Under the pieces are notes generated by a model. The model saw only the letters and a list, made by a program, of their open reading frames with translations, ran no database searches and had not been told where the DNA came from. Made by a program: the position numbers and the translations under genes. Positions 1 to 9,377 of a DNA stretch of 64,000 nt are shown here, in pieces (the first letter of the stretch is position 1; each line of letters starts with the position of its first letter). The DNA is from Paramoeba atlantica (Eukaryota; Protista; Discosea): assembly GCA_977017575.1 (NCBI GenBank), contig CDRNVI010000047.1:1-64000 (forward strand), written 5' to 3'.

Positions 1-3000
1 TCTTTCTTCCTCTTTCTTCCTCTTTCTTCCTCTCTTTCTTCCTCTTTCTTCCTCTTTCTTCCTCTTTCTTCCTCTTTCTTCCTCTTTCTTCCTCTTTCTT
101 CCTCTTTCTTCCTCTTTCTTCCTCTTTCTTCCTCTTTCTTCCTCTTTCTTCCTCTTTCCTTCCTCTTTCTTCCTCTTTCTTCCTCTTTCTTCCTCTTTCT
201 TCCTCTTTCTTCCTCTTTCTTCCTCTTTCTCCTCTTTCTTCCTCTTTCTTCCTCTTTCTTCCTCTTTCTTCCTCTTCTTCCTCTTTCTTCCTCTTTCTTC
301 CTCTTTCTTCCTCTTTCTTCCTCTTTCTTCCTCTTTCTTCCTCTTTCTTCCTCTTTCTTCCTCTTTCTTCCTCTTTCTTCCTCTTTCTTCCTCTTTCTTC
401 CTCTTTCTTCCTCTTTCTTCCTCTTTCTTCCTCTTTCTTCCTCTTTCTTCCTCTTTCTTCCTCTTTCTTCCTCTTTCTTCCTCTTTCTTCCTCTTTCTTC
501 CTCTTTCTTCCTCTTTCTTCCTCTTTCTTCCTCTTTCTTCCTCTTTCTTCCTCTTTCTTCCTCTTTCTTCCTCTTTCTTCCTCTTTCTTCCTCTTTCTTC
601 CTCTTTCTTCCTCTTTCTTCCTCTTTCTTCCTCTTTCTTCCTCTTTCTTCCTCTTTCTTCCTCTTTCTTCCTCTTTCTTCCTCTTTCTTCCTCTTTCTTC
701 CTCTTTCTTCCTCTTTCTTCCTCTTTCTTCCTCTTTCTTCCTCTTTCTTCCTCTTTCTTCCTCTTTCTTCCTCTTTCTTCCTCTTTCTTCCTCTTTTCTT
801 CCTCTTTCTTCCTCTTTCTTCCTCTTTCTTCCTCTTTCTTCCTCTTTCTTCCTCTTTCTTCCTCTTTCTTCCTCTTTCTTCCTCTTTCTTTCCTCTTTCT
901 TCCTCTTTCTTCCTCTTTCTTCCTCTTTCTTCCTCTTTCTTCCTCTTTCTTCCTCTTTCTTCCTCTTTCTTCCTCTTTCTTCCTCTTTCTTCCTCTTTCT
1001 TCCTCTTCTCTTTCTTCCTCTTTCTTCCTCTTTCTTCCTCTTTCTTCCTCTTTCTTCCTCTTTCTTCCTCTTTCTTCCTCTTTCTTCCTCTTTCTTCCTC
1101 TTTCTTCCTCTTTCTTCCTCTTTCTTCCTCTTTCTTCCTCTTTCTTCCTCTTTCTTCCTCTTTCTTCCTCTTTCTTCCTCTTCTTTCTTCCTCTTTCTTC
1201 CTCTTTCTCCTCTTTCTTCCTCTTTCTTCCTCTTTCTTCCTCTTTCTTCCTCTTTCTTCCTCTTTCTTCCTCTTTCTTCCTCTTTCTTCCTCTTTCTTCC
1301 TCTTTCTTCCTCTTTCTTCCTCTTTCTTCCTCTTTCTTCCTCTTTCTTCCTCTTTCTTCCTCTTTCTTCCTCTTTCTTCCTCTTTCTTCCTTCTTTCTTC
1401 CTCTTTCTTCCTCTTTCTTCCTCTTTCTTCCTCTTTCTTCCTCTTTCTTCCTCTTTCTTCCTCTTTCTTCCTCTTTCTTCCTCTTTCTTCCTCTTTCTTC
1501 TCTTCTTCTCTTCTTCCTCTTTCTTCCTCTTTCTTCCTCTTTCTTCCTCTTTCTTCCTCTTTCTTCCTCTTTCTTCCTCTTTCTTCCTCTTTCTTCTCTT
1601 TCTTCCTCTTTCTTCCTCTTTCTTCCTCTTTCTTCCTCTTTCTTCCTCTTTCTTCCTCTTTCTTCCTCTTTCTTCCTCTTTCTTCCTCTTTCTTCCTCTT
1701 TCTTCCTCTTTCTTCCTCTTTCTTCCTCTTTCTTCCTCTTTCTTCCTCTTTCTTCCTCTTTCTTCCTCTTTCTTCCTCTTTCTTCCTCTTTCTTCCTCTT
1801 TCTTCCTCTTTCTTCCTCTTTCTTCCTCTTTCTTCCTCTTTCTTCCTCTTTCTTCCTCTTTCTTCCTCTTTCTTCCTCTTTCTTCCTCTTTCTTCCTCTT
1901 TCTTCCTCTTTCTTCCTCTTTCTTCCTCTTTCTTCCTCTTTCTTCCTCTTTCTTCCTCTTTCTTCCCTTCTTCCTCTTTTCCTCTTTCTTCCTCTTTCTT
2001 CCTCTTTCTTCCTCTTTCTTCCTCTTTCTTCCTCTTTCTTCCTCTTTCTTCCTCTTTCTTCCTCTTTCTTCCTCTTTCTTCCTCTTTCTTCCTCTTTCTT
2101 CCTCTTTCTTCCTCTTTCTTCCTCTTTCTTCCTCTTCTCCCTTTCTCCTCTTTCTCCTCTTTCTTCCTCTTTCTTCCTCTTTCATCCTCTTTCTTCCTCT
2201 TTCTTCCTCTTTCTTCCTCTTTCTTCCTCTTTCTTCCTCTTTCTTCCTCTTTCTTCCTCTTTCTTCTCTTTCTTCCTCTTTCTTCCTCTTTCTTCCTCTT
2301 TCTTCCTCTTTCTTCCTCTTTCTTCCTCTTTCTTCCTCTTTCTTCCTCTTTCTTCCTCTTTCTTCCTCTTTCTTCCTCTTTCTTCCTCTTTCTTCCTCTT
2401 TCTTCCTCTTTCTTCCTCTTTCTTCCTCTTTCTTCCTCTTTCTTCCTCTTTCTTCCTCTTTCTTCCTCTTTCTTCCTCTTTCTTCCTCTTTCTTCCTCTT
2501 TCTTCCTCTTTCTTCCTCTTTCTTCCTCTTTCTTCCTCTTTCTTCCTCTTTCTCCTCTTTCTTCCTCTTTCTTCCTCTTTCTTCCTCTTTCTTCCTCTTT
2601 CTTCCTCTTTCTTCCTCTTTCTTCCTCTTTCTTCCTCTTTCTTCCTCTTTCTTCCTCTTTCTTCCTCTTTTCTTCCTCTTTCTTCCTCTTTCTTCCTCTT
2701 TCTTCCTCTTTCTTCCTCTTTCTTCCTCTTTCTTCCCTCTTTCTTCCTCTTTCTTCCTCTTTCTTCCTCTTTCACTTCTTCCTTTCTTCCTCTTTCTTCC
2801 TCTTTCTTCCTCTTTCTTCCTCTTTCTTCCTCTTTCTTCCTCTTTTTCCTCTTTCTTCCTCTTTCTTCCTCTTTCTTCCTCTTTCTTCCTCTCTCTCTCT
2901 CTCTTTCTTCCTCTTTCTTCCTCTTTCTCCTCTTTCTCCTCTTTCTTCCTCTTTCTTCCTCTTTCTTCCTCTTTCTTCCTCTTTCTTCCTCTTTCTTCCT

Positions 3001-3488
3001 CTTTCTTCCTCTTTCTTCCTCTTTCTTCCTCTTTCTCTCTTTCTTCCTCTTTCTTCCTCTTTCTTCCTCTTTCTTCCTCTTTCTTCCTCTTTCTTCCTCT
3101 TTCTTCCTCTTTCTTCCTCTTTCTTCCTCTTTCTTCCTCTTTCTTCCTCTTTCTTCCTCTTTCTTCCTCTTTCTTCCTCTTTCTTCCTCTTTCTTCCTCT
3201 TTCTTCCTCTTTCTTCCTCTTTCTTCCTCTTTCTTCCTCTTTCTTCCTCTTTCTTCCTCTTTCTTCCTCTTTCTTCCTCTTTCTTCCTCTTTCTTCCTCT
3301 TTCTTCCTCTTTCTTCCTCTTTCTTCCTCTTTCTTCCTCTTTCTTCCTCTTTCTTCCTCTTTCTTCCTCTTTCTTCCTCTTTCTTCCTCTTTCTTCCTCT
3401 TTCTTCCTCTTTCTTCCTCTTTCTTCCTCTTTCTTCCTCTTTCTTCCTCTTTCTTCCTCTTTCTTCCTCTTTCTTCCTCTTTCCTTTC
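1..3488. repeat. (CTCTTTCTTC)n 10-bp tandem array, about 3.5 kb, pyrimidine-only on + strand; possible terminal (telomere-like) array
   Basis: Continuous 10-nt unit from base 1 with occasional 1-few nt slips; ends abruptly at a retroelement fragment. Confidence 0.97.
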
Positions 3489-3626
3489 AGGGACTGACCT
3501 GAACAACTGCCGCCCTGAGCATGTCTTCTCATGAATTCCCTTGTTTTCCGGATTCACAGCCACTTTACATGTGGCGCACTTCCAGGAACTGAAGGCCCTA
3601 GGTTCACGTTCGCAAGGTATCCCTGA
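3487..3626 (-). pseudogene. Fragment of RLE retrotransposon (D-like) Zn-finger/endonuclease region
   Basis: Reverse strand translates GIPCEREPRAFSSWKCATCKVAVNPENKGIHEKTCSGRQLFRSVP, homologous to ...EREPRSFSTWSC...HHKTCGGRQFHRSGPD of ORF 55696..59397. Confidence 0.9.
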
Positions 3627-3649
3627 CTTTTGACTTAGGTCAAAAGGGG

Positions 3650-4330
3650 GTTTTTTTTACCTTTTTTTTTACCTTTCATGGGAGTGTTCACACGCTCCAA
3701 AGCAAAAGATTCAGGAGTAGCTCCTGAGATTTTGCCACTCCCTCCTGCCCGGCGGAAAAAGAAGGCCGCGATGCCAACTCCTCCTCCGCCCGCCGTGCCA
3801 ATATCCGCCACCTCCGCATTATCGCCACCACCGCGTGCGCCTTCATTCCCTTCCGCAACGTCGTCCGCCCAAGAAACAGTCAGGAATGGAACACCGCCGT
3901 CATGCCCTCGGCCACCCCCTTCGTTACCGACACCGCTTTCTCCCCCTACATTGCTTTCTTTGCCGACCATCCCACATCCGGAAGCAACACTGTCGCAACC
4001 TCAATCGCACACAAATTCATCTGAATCCCCGCTGTGTCATTCCACCATTTCATCGCGAAAGATTACAATTAGCACATCAACGCGCGATCTTATCAATTTG
4101 CGTCCAGCACGGAAAATAGTCAATGAGCAGTACAATGAAATGCCACAGGTACAAAAACGATAATCAGGAAACTAGTGATCAAAATACAGTCAAAAGATCT
4201 AGGAATTCACCGCGCAACATGACTTCAACTGTATTAAACACAAAAAAGCATAAAAATAAAGATTCTGTCCCCGAGCCTTCACGGACAGTCAGCCCAAATA
4301 CAATTATATTAGAAAAAGCGCGTTCGAATC
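3650..4330 (+). mobile_element. 5' fragment of D-type RLE retrotransposon (ORF 3678..4163, Pro-rich N-terminus)
   Basis: MGVFTRSKAKDSGVAPEILPLPPARRKKK start matches elements at 11223, 34265 and 63388. Confidence 0.8.
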
Positions 4331-4593
4331 ATTTTTTTTTTTTTTGGGGGGGGAACGCGGAACAATCTTGGATCTTCTTTTTTAGAAGGCCACAGTCTGA
4401 GGTGGCCAGAAAAAAAACGATGGTCTTCCCACTTGGGGATTAGCATCCCACACGGGAAAAAAGCAGAAAAGGCCGGATTAAAACTCAAATCAGAATTTTG
4501 AGGTGTAGCATACTTCTTATTCTACATATAAATGCTTCAATTACTTTCACAAGTTCTCATTATCGTATGATGATGATGTATATTTATACGAAG

Positions 4594-5068
4594 ATTTTTT
4601 TTTTTGGGTGTGCACTCCCCTAGGCCCACCGGAAGCCTACCCACTTTTCATATGGATTTTCATCATATAAAAATCCATTTCTAAAGAAAATACCTTTCTT
4701 TCTTAAGAAAAAAGGAAATTTGTCCATTTAATAGCCCTCAGAGTTTAGTGTCCTGTATCTGTGCCCATGTTGTCGTTGTTGGGTCCTGTATTTGTGCCCA
4801 TGTTGAATAATACGAGATAGACTTGACTTTGGAGACTAGAAGATTATTTGGCTTCAAAGGCTTATGCCACCTAGCCATTTTTCACCCTGTATGTGGTTCC
4901 GCAATAGCGATACGATAGTGTAAGCCGCAAACTTTTCATTTTCCAATTGAAAAGCTTCACGTATAACTTTTGGGTCAGAATCCGCTCGTTTTGCAAGGGC
5001 TTTGATCAAGACCTTGGTATCTTCATGTAACATTCCACAATCCGTTAAAGCGATGCAACGAAAATACT
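4594..5068 (-). mobile_element. 3' end (ORF C-terminus, 3'UTR, probable poly(A)) of B-type RLE element B3, split from 9378..11103 by the YR element
   Basis: Reverse strand reads YFRCIALTDCGMLHEDTK...EAFQLENEKFAAYTIVSLLRNHIQGEKWLGGISL*, aligned to the C-terminus of ORF 28812..32417; T-run near 4594-4604. Confidence 0.85.
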
Positions 5069-5241
5069 AAAAGTTTACGAAAAGAATTGTACAATGGAAA
5101 TTTTGATTTCTGAGAATTATATTTACGTTAGTTGGCCGACGGGCATTGTACGTTTGTTATTCATAAACTAGTTTATATAGTGACACAAAGCATTATACAG
5201 TGAACTGGTAATAGAGCGCGTTTTTATCCTTTGAAACTTTT
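5069..5241 (+). repeat. Split direct repeat A1 (second copy 8917..9089)
   Basis: 173-bp identical copies. Confidence 0.95.
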
Positions 5242-5246
5242 CTTTT

Positions 5247-6074
5247 ATGAAACGCCCGTCCATTAATCGCCAGTGTTCCTCGAGTCACATACACGCGTAT
5301 AGATCCAGGAACGAACATCTCGCATATAATACCCGCCAAACGCGGCAGAAGCAAAGCAGTCAAATACAAGAGGATACATCCAGGGGATCAAAGGGAGAGT
5401 GTAGCGAAGAGAACGCGAGTGATACAAGGGGGTGTAAAAAATGTGAAAGACTCGAATGGAAGATCAATTGCTTGTGGAAATTTGTACCAGGGAACATTGA
5501 GCCTGGAATGCAGGAGTGTGGCTCGGAAAAATCTTTTGAGTCTGTTGATGGGGGTAAGCAGGATTACTCCCGAGGTACGCGTGGCATTGGACGCGATGTC
5601 CGGAATGTGGAGCTCGTCGACGTGGGAGACACGAGCAAGGTTGTGGGAAAGGTTCCTGGTATATTGCACCGGGAATCATATAAGACAGACACCCCTTCAC
5701 GCAGTGACGTTCGTGCAACTTCTGCCAGTGTCAATACAAACCAAGGTGTCCTACGGAAGGGCGCTAATGACCTTATTCAACCTGATCGGATTAAATACTG
5801 TCCCAATAAAATTCTTTTGCAAAGCTCTTCAGGCACAAGGAGCAGAGGAGCCAGTACATCAGATGCAGCCGTTGACACCATTCCTACTGAACAAGATACG
5901 AAGAAGGTGCACCCAATCCGAAAGTCAAACATTGCTGATGTGCTGGAAGGCAGCATCCCGTTGGTCCGAAACCGCCAATTTGACCAAGGACAAATTCGTG
6001 GAAATATCACCGCAAAAGGTTGTAATTGCTTGGGGAAGGGGGACAAAGGCTACAAGGTGCAACCCGTGGCGTGA
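5247..6074 (+). CDS. Overlapping ORF1 of YR element, unknown (gag-position) protein
   Basis: ATG 5 nt after repeat A; 275 codons stop-free while overlapping the YR frame; no recognisable motif. Confidence 0.4.
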   Translation: MKRPSINRQCSSSHIHAYRSRNEHLAYNTRQTRQKQSSQIQEDTSRGSKGECSEENASDTRGCKKCERLEWKINCLWKFVPGNIEPGMQECGSEKSFESVDGGKQDYSRGTRGIGRDVRNVELVDVGDTSKVVGKVPGILHRESYKTDTPSRSDVRATSASVNTNQGVLRKGANDLIQPDRIKYCPNKILLQSSSGTRSRGASTSDAAVDTIPTEQDTKKVHPIRKSNIADVLEGSIPLVRNRQFDQGQIRGNITAKGCNCLGKGDKGYKVQPVA

Positions 6075-6414
6075 ATCGATGTACACAGTCATCCAGGGCC
6101 AGGGAACAATCGAATTGGCTCAATACGTACGTACGCTCAGGTCATGGGATCGAATGTGCCGGACAAATGTGAGAGAGATGGACAGGAACATAAAGAGGGT
6201 TCTGGGAGAGGGTTTCGGCACACATTCCGCCAAGAGAGGAGCGGTAACGCAATTATTCCAGGAAGTTGTCAAGGGGACAGTGGGAATCGAAGATGTGAAA
6301 AAATTAGCGAAGCACCAGCAGATCGAGTCCCTGTTGCGTTACAATTCAAACCCAGTTACCACCGCGCTAGCTCTAGGAACGGGGAAGGCGACAGCCAAAC
6401 TGAGGACGCTTTAG
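5419..6414 (+). CDS. Tyrosine recombinase
   Basis: Catalytic pattern WKAASRWSE (R), GTHSAKRG (HxxKR-type), KLAKHQQIESLLRY (H...Y); frame is open from 5251, true start uncertain. Confidence 0.88.
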   Translation: MIQGGVKNVKDSNGRSIACGNLYQGTLSLECRSVARKNLLSLLMGVSRITPEVRVALDAMSGMWSSSTWETRARLWERFLVYCTGNHIRQTPLHAVTFVQLLPVSIQTKVSYGRALMTLFNLIGLNTVPIKFFCKALQAQGAEEPVHQMQPLTPFLLNKIRRRCTQSESQTLLMCWKAASRWSETANLTKDKFVEISPQKVVIAWGRGTKATRCNPWRESMYTVIQGQGTIELAQYVRTLRSWDRMCRTNVREMDRNIKRVLGEGFGTHSAKRGAVTQLFQEVVKGTVGIEDVKKLAKHQQIESLLRYNSNPVTTALALGTGKATAKLRTL

Positions 6415-8063
6415 CAATGAAGGAGTTATTTCGAGAATATTTGCGGGACATGCCGCAGGAAAAGCATCGATACACGATTGTACGTACCAGACGTACGACA
6501 AAATTGGCCACGGAAGAAGATTTAAAGCTACCACTGCACGTAAAGAAAATTCCCAAAATGGATGTCAATGAAATTGAGAACATGATGAATGGAAGTACAA
6601 GAAACCGGTTTAGAGAAACGTTGAATACTTTGTTGGATCGGAGGAAGAAACCCGATAGTGAGCCAAAGGTAAATCCACGATTGAACATGGAAGATATTAG
6701 TCATTTGCTAGACGCACGTATTGTTTCGCGTGTTTCCCCTGAGGAGGAGAACAAAAGACCATCCAATCAATGGGTGATACCGTTCACAGTAGTTGAGCCT
6801 GCGGACGATAAAGGGGAAACGGAGAGGCGGCGCTTCATAGCCTGGACGAAAGAGGATAATGAGCAAATTAAGAACGAGTACATGCCTCACGTCCCGTTAA
6901 AACACGCGGCTTATTATCTCCATCGAGCGCAGGAAGCTTTTGGTGTGAAGCGTGACCTGACATGTGGATTTTATCAAGTACCGATTCCGGTAGCAAGTAG
7001 AACAAAATTTCGATTTCGAGCAGTAAACGGTGAGTTGTTTGAACTTAATGTGATGCCAATGTGGCACCGGTGCGCCCCGGAACTGATGCACACCATTACA
7101 TCCACAATCGCAGGAGATCCGGAGTATTGCAGAGCCGAGACGGCGTATACAGAACAGTTTAAGGTCGATGTATATGTGGATGGATTGAGAAGTGCAGGTT
7201 CACTAGACCAAGTTCAGCAGTATACGGAATTTGTGGAAACTCGCGCGGAGAAAGTTAACGCCACGTTTAAGGATAAAGAAAAGGAGCCCATGAAGCAGTA
7301 TGTTTTTAATGGCGTGGAATACAGCCATACCGAAGGTAAGGTAAGAATGGGACCGAGGATCGTGAAAAAGATGCAAGGCGATACTTTTCGGAATGCAACG
7401 TACGGAAAACTAGAATCAGCTGTGGGTAGATTAGTCCATGCATCAGCAGTACTGGGAGAACCCGTTGCCAATTACCACTTCACCTTAAAATTAGTGCGGC
7501 GCCGTATAAATGCGTTAAACAATGATCCGACATTATTGGATGTGAAGGTTCATCTTCCCCCCAATGTAACCATGGACTTGACGCGATGGAAGAAAAAGTT
7601 GATTTCAAACATATTCGTGGCGCCGCCGCCTCATCCCGACACTGTACCACATAGCCACGTTTTGTATACGGACGCTTCGTCAAAAGGTTGGGGAGGAATA
7701 ATATATTTGGACCACGGTTCCGTGATATGTGTGGGAGGTCGCTGGGAAGATGATTTCGATTATGAAGTCAATCGAGCGGAGACGAGGGCCGTTCGTCTCG
7801 CGTTCGAGAAATTGTCGCACCATTTTCAACGAGGTACCTGCGTAGACCTATTTATTGATAATACATCATGCTTAGCTTCCATATGCAAAAAATCGACCAA
7901 ATCGGATGGAATAAATATCGAATTGATAGGTTTACTTAAGTTTTTAAAGAGACAGGGTATAATAGTACAGCCGCATTACATTCCGTCAAAACTGAACCCT
8001 GCGGATCCAATAAGCCGAGGAGGATGGGATTGCGACAATGTGGCGAAAGGGGTGAAAGATTGA
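6144..8063 (+). CDS. Reverse transcriptase + RNase H of the YR retrotransposon (likely real start ATG 6417)
   Basis: DLTCGFYQVP, FRF, VMPMW(G)H, VYVDG motifs; RNase H LYTDASSKGWG, NRAETRAV, FIDNTS, IPSKLNPADPISR; atypical MPMW and YVDG may mean impaired activity. Confidence 0.9.
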   Translation: MGSNVPDKCERDGQEHKEGSGRGFRHTFRQERSGNAIIPGSCQGDSGNRRCEKISEAPADRVPVALQFKPSYHRASSRNGEGDSQTEDALAMKELFREYLRDMPQEKHRYTIVRTRRTTKLATEEDLKLPLHVKKIPKMDVNEIENMMNGSTRNRFRETLNTLLDRRKKPDSEPKVNPRLNMEDISHLLDARIVSRVSPEEENKRPSNQWVIPFTVVEPADDKGETERRRFIAWTKEDNEQIKNEYMPHVPLKHAAYYLHRAQEAFGVKRDLTCGFYQVPIPVASRTKFRFRAVNGELFELNVMPMWHRCAPELMHTITSTIAGDPEYCRAETAYTEQFKVDVYVDGLRSAGSLDQVQQYTEFVETRAEKVNATFKDKEKEPMKQYVFNGVEYSHTEGKVRMGPRIVKKMQGDTFRNATYGKLESAVGRLVHASAVLGEPVANYHFTLKLVRRRINALNNDPTLLDVKVHLPPNVTMDLTRWKKKLISNIFVAPPPHPDTVPHSHVLYTDASSKGWGGIIYLDHGSVICVGGRWEDDFDYEVNRAETRAVRLAFEKLSHHFQRGTCVDLFIDNTSCLASICKKSTKSDGINIELIGLLKFLKRQGIIVQPHYIPSKLNPADPISRGGWDCDNVAKGVKD

Positions 8064-8078
8064 CTGGCGAAAGGGTGG

Positions 8079-8262
8079 TCCCCGCGTGGACACCCGTTCG
8101 AGAAAGGGAGGGAAGGGAGTTCTCTCCAGGAAAAAGTTCATGAGGTATATAAAATAGATTTGATACTTACTTCGCGAAGTTGATATTACAGTACTGGTGA
8201 AGATAATGTCATTTACTCTGTTGTCCATGATGGATGTTATATTTCGGTAGCTCTGTAGTTCT
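8079..8262 (+). repeat. Split direct repeat B1 (second copy 9117..9300)
   Basis: 184-bp copies, one mismatch seen. Confidence 0.95.
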
Positions 8263-8376
8263 TTTGATGTTCATGCGCTCGTTGGCGCAGAGATACAGCC
8301 CTTGATGCGACAGCCGATATCATCGGCACAATCCGTATTGACGGATGTCGCACCAAGGTGGTTTAGCTCGGACTCT

Positions 8377-8518
8377 GTCGGTAGAGGGGGTCCAGGCAAC
8401 TCGCCCTCTCTTTACGCAGCCGGAGGGGCGCACTGCAACCGACTCGGCCCAGTCGGTAGAGGTGGTCCAGGCAACTCACCACCTCTTTACGCAGCCGGAG
8501 GGGCGCACTGCAACCGAC
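8377..8518. repeat. Two tandem 75-bp structured units inside the YR element
   Basis: Units start 8377 and 8452; each has GTCGGT/ACCGAC outer stem and a 9-bp inner stem around CCAGGCAACTC. Confidence 0.85.
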
Positions 8519-8709
8519 CGCTGCCTCGCGATAAGACGAGGCAGAGCCACGCCCAGTGGTCCTCAAGGGAGGCCACCATGGCGCATGGCTCCCCGGGAAG
8601 AAAAGGGCGCGAAAGGAAGAAAGCCGGGGAGGGAAGAAAACCCACTCAAGGAGTGAGCCGGGGAGGGGTGATGGGGTGGAAGCGCGTCCCCTACTTCGCC
8701 GAGAAAGAG

Positions 8710-8846
8710 GGACAGTTTCGGCCTTAGTGCCGGCCGGCAACGGGCATATAAAACAGTAAGATTATGCCCGTTGCCGGGGAAAGAAAAGATGAACTAAAGG
8801 GAAAATGTACCAAAAAGGTACAGAAACTGTATCTTTATTTTAGATT
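8710..8846 (-). ncRNA. SL-RNA-like minigene (36-nt exon 8846..8811, GT donor, downstream hairpins); 3' end approximate
   Basis: AATCTAAAATAAAGATACAGTTTCTGTACCTTTTTG|GTAC; 24-nt identity to the SL motif; TGTACC/GGTACA stem across the donor; 15-bp perfect hairpin 8734-8748/8763-8777. Confidence 0.65.
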
Positions 8847-8916
8847 AAACATTACAGTTTACATACGCTTACTATATCTGATTGACTATATGTTTTTCTT
8901 CCGGAAGTGCAATTCT
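8842..8916 (+). repeat. Split direct repeat C1 (second copy 9303..9377, right terminus)
   Basis: 75-bp identical copies. Confidence 0.95.
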
Positions 8917-9377
8917 AAAAGTTTACGAAAAGAATTGTACAATGGAAATTTTGATTTCTGAGAATTATATTTACGTTAGTTGGCCGACGGGCATTGTACG
9001 TTTGTTATTCATAAACTAGTTTATATAGTGACACAAAGCATTATACAGTGAACTGGTAATAGAGCGCGTTTTTATCCTTTGAAACTTTTTGCCCCACCCA
9101 CCAACCCGCAAACCACTCCCCGCGTGGACACCCGTTCGAGAAAGGGAGGGAAGGGAGTTCTCTCCAGGAAAAAGTTCATGAGGTATATAAAATAGATTTG
9201 ATACTTACTTCGCGAAGTTGATATTACAGTACTGGTGAAGATAATGTCTTTTACTCTGTTGTCCATGATGGATGTTATATTTCGGTAGCTCTGTAGTTCT
9301 ACAGATTAAACATTACAGTTTACATACGCTTACTATATCTGATTGACTATATGTTTTTCTTCCGGAAGTGCAATTCT

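Larger units (their letters stand above)
5067..9377 (+). mobile_element. Tyrosine-recombinase retrotransposon (VIPER/TATE-like order YR then RT/RNase H) with split direct repeats
   Basis: YR and RT-RH ORFs; repeats A (5069-5241 = 8917-9089), B (8079-8262 = 9117-9300), C (8842-8916 = 9303-9377); CT dinucleotide at both junctions and at the internal C|A junction; removal restores host ORF GLEPE-YFRC. Confidence 0.92.

Noticed and set aside
2182-3563. KEEERGRKRK-repeat ORFs
   Set aside because: Translation of the stop-free 10-bp array; only the first about 25 codons of the second ORF come from the RLE fragment
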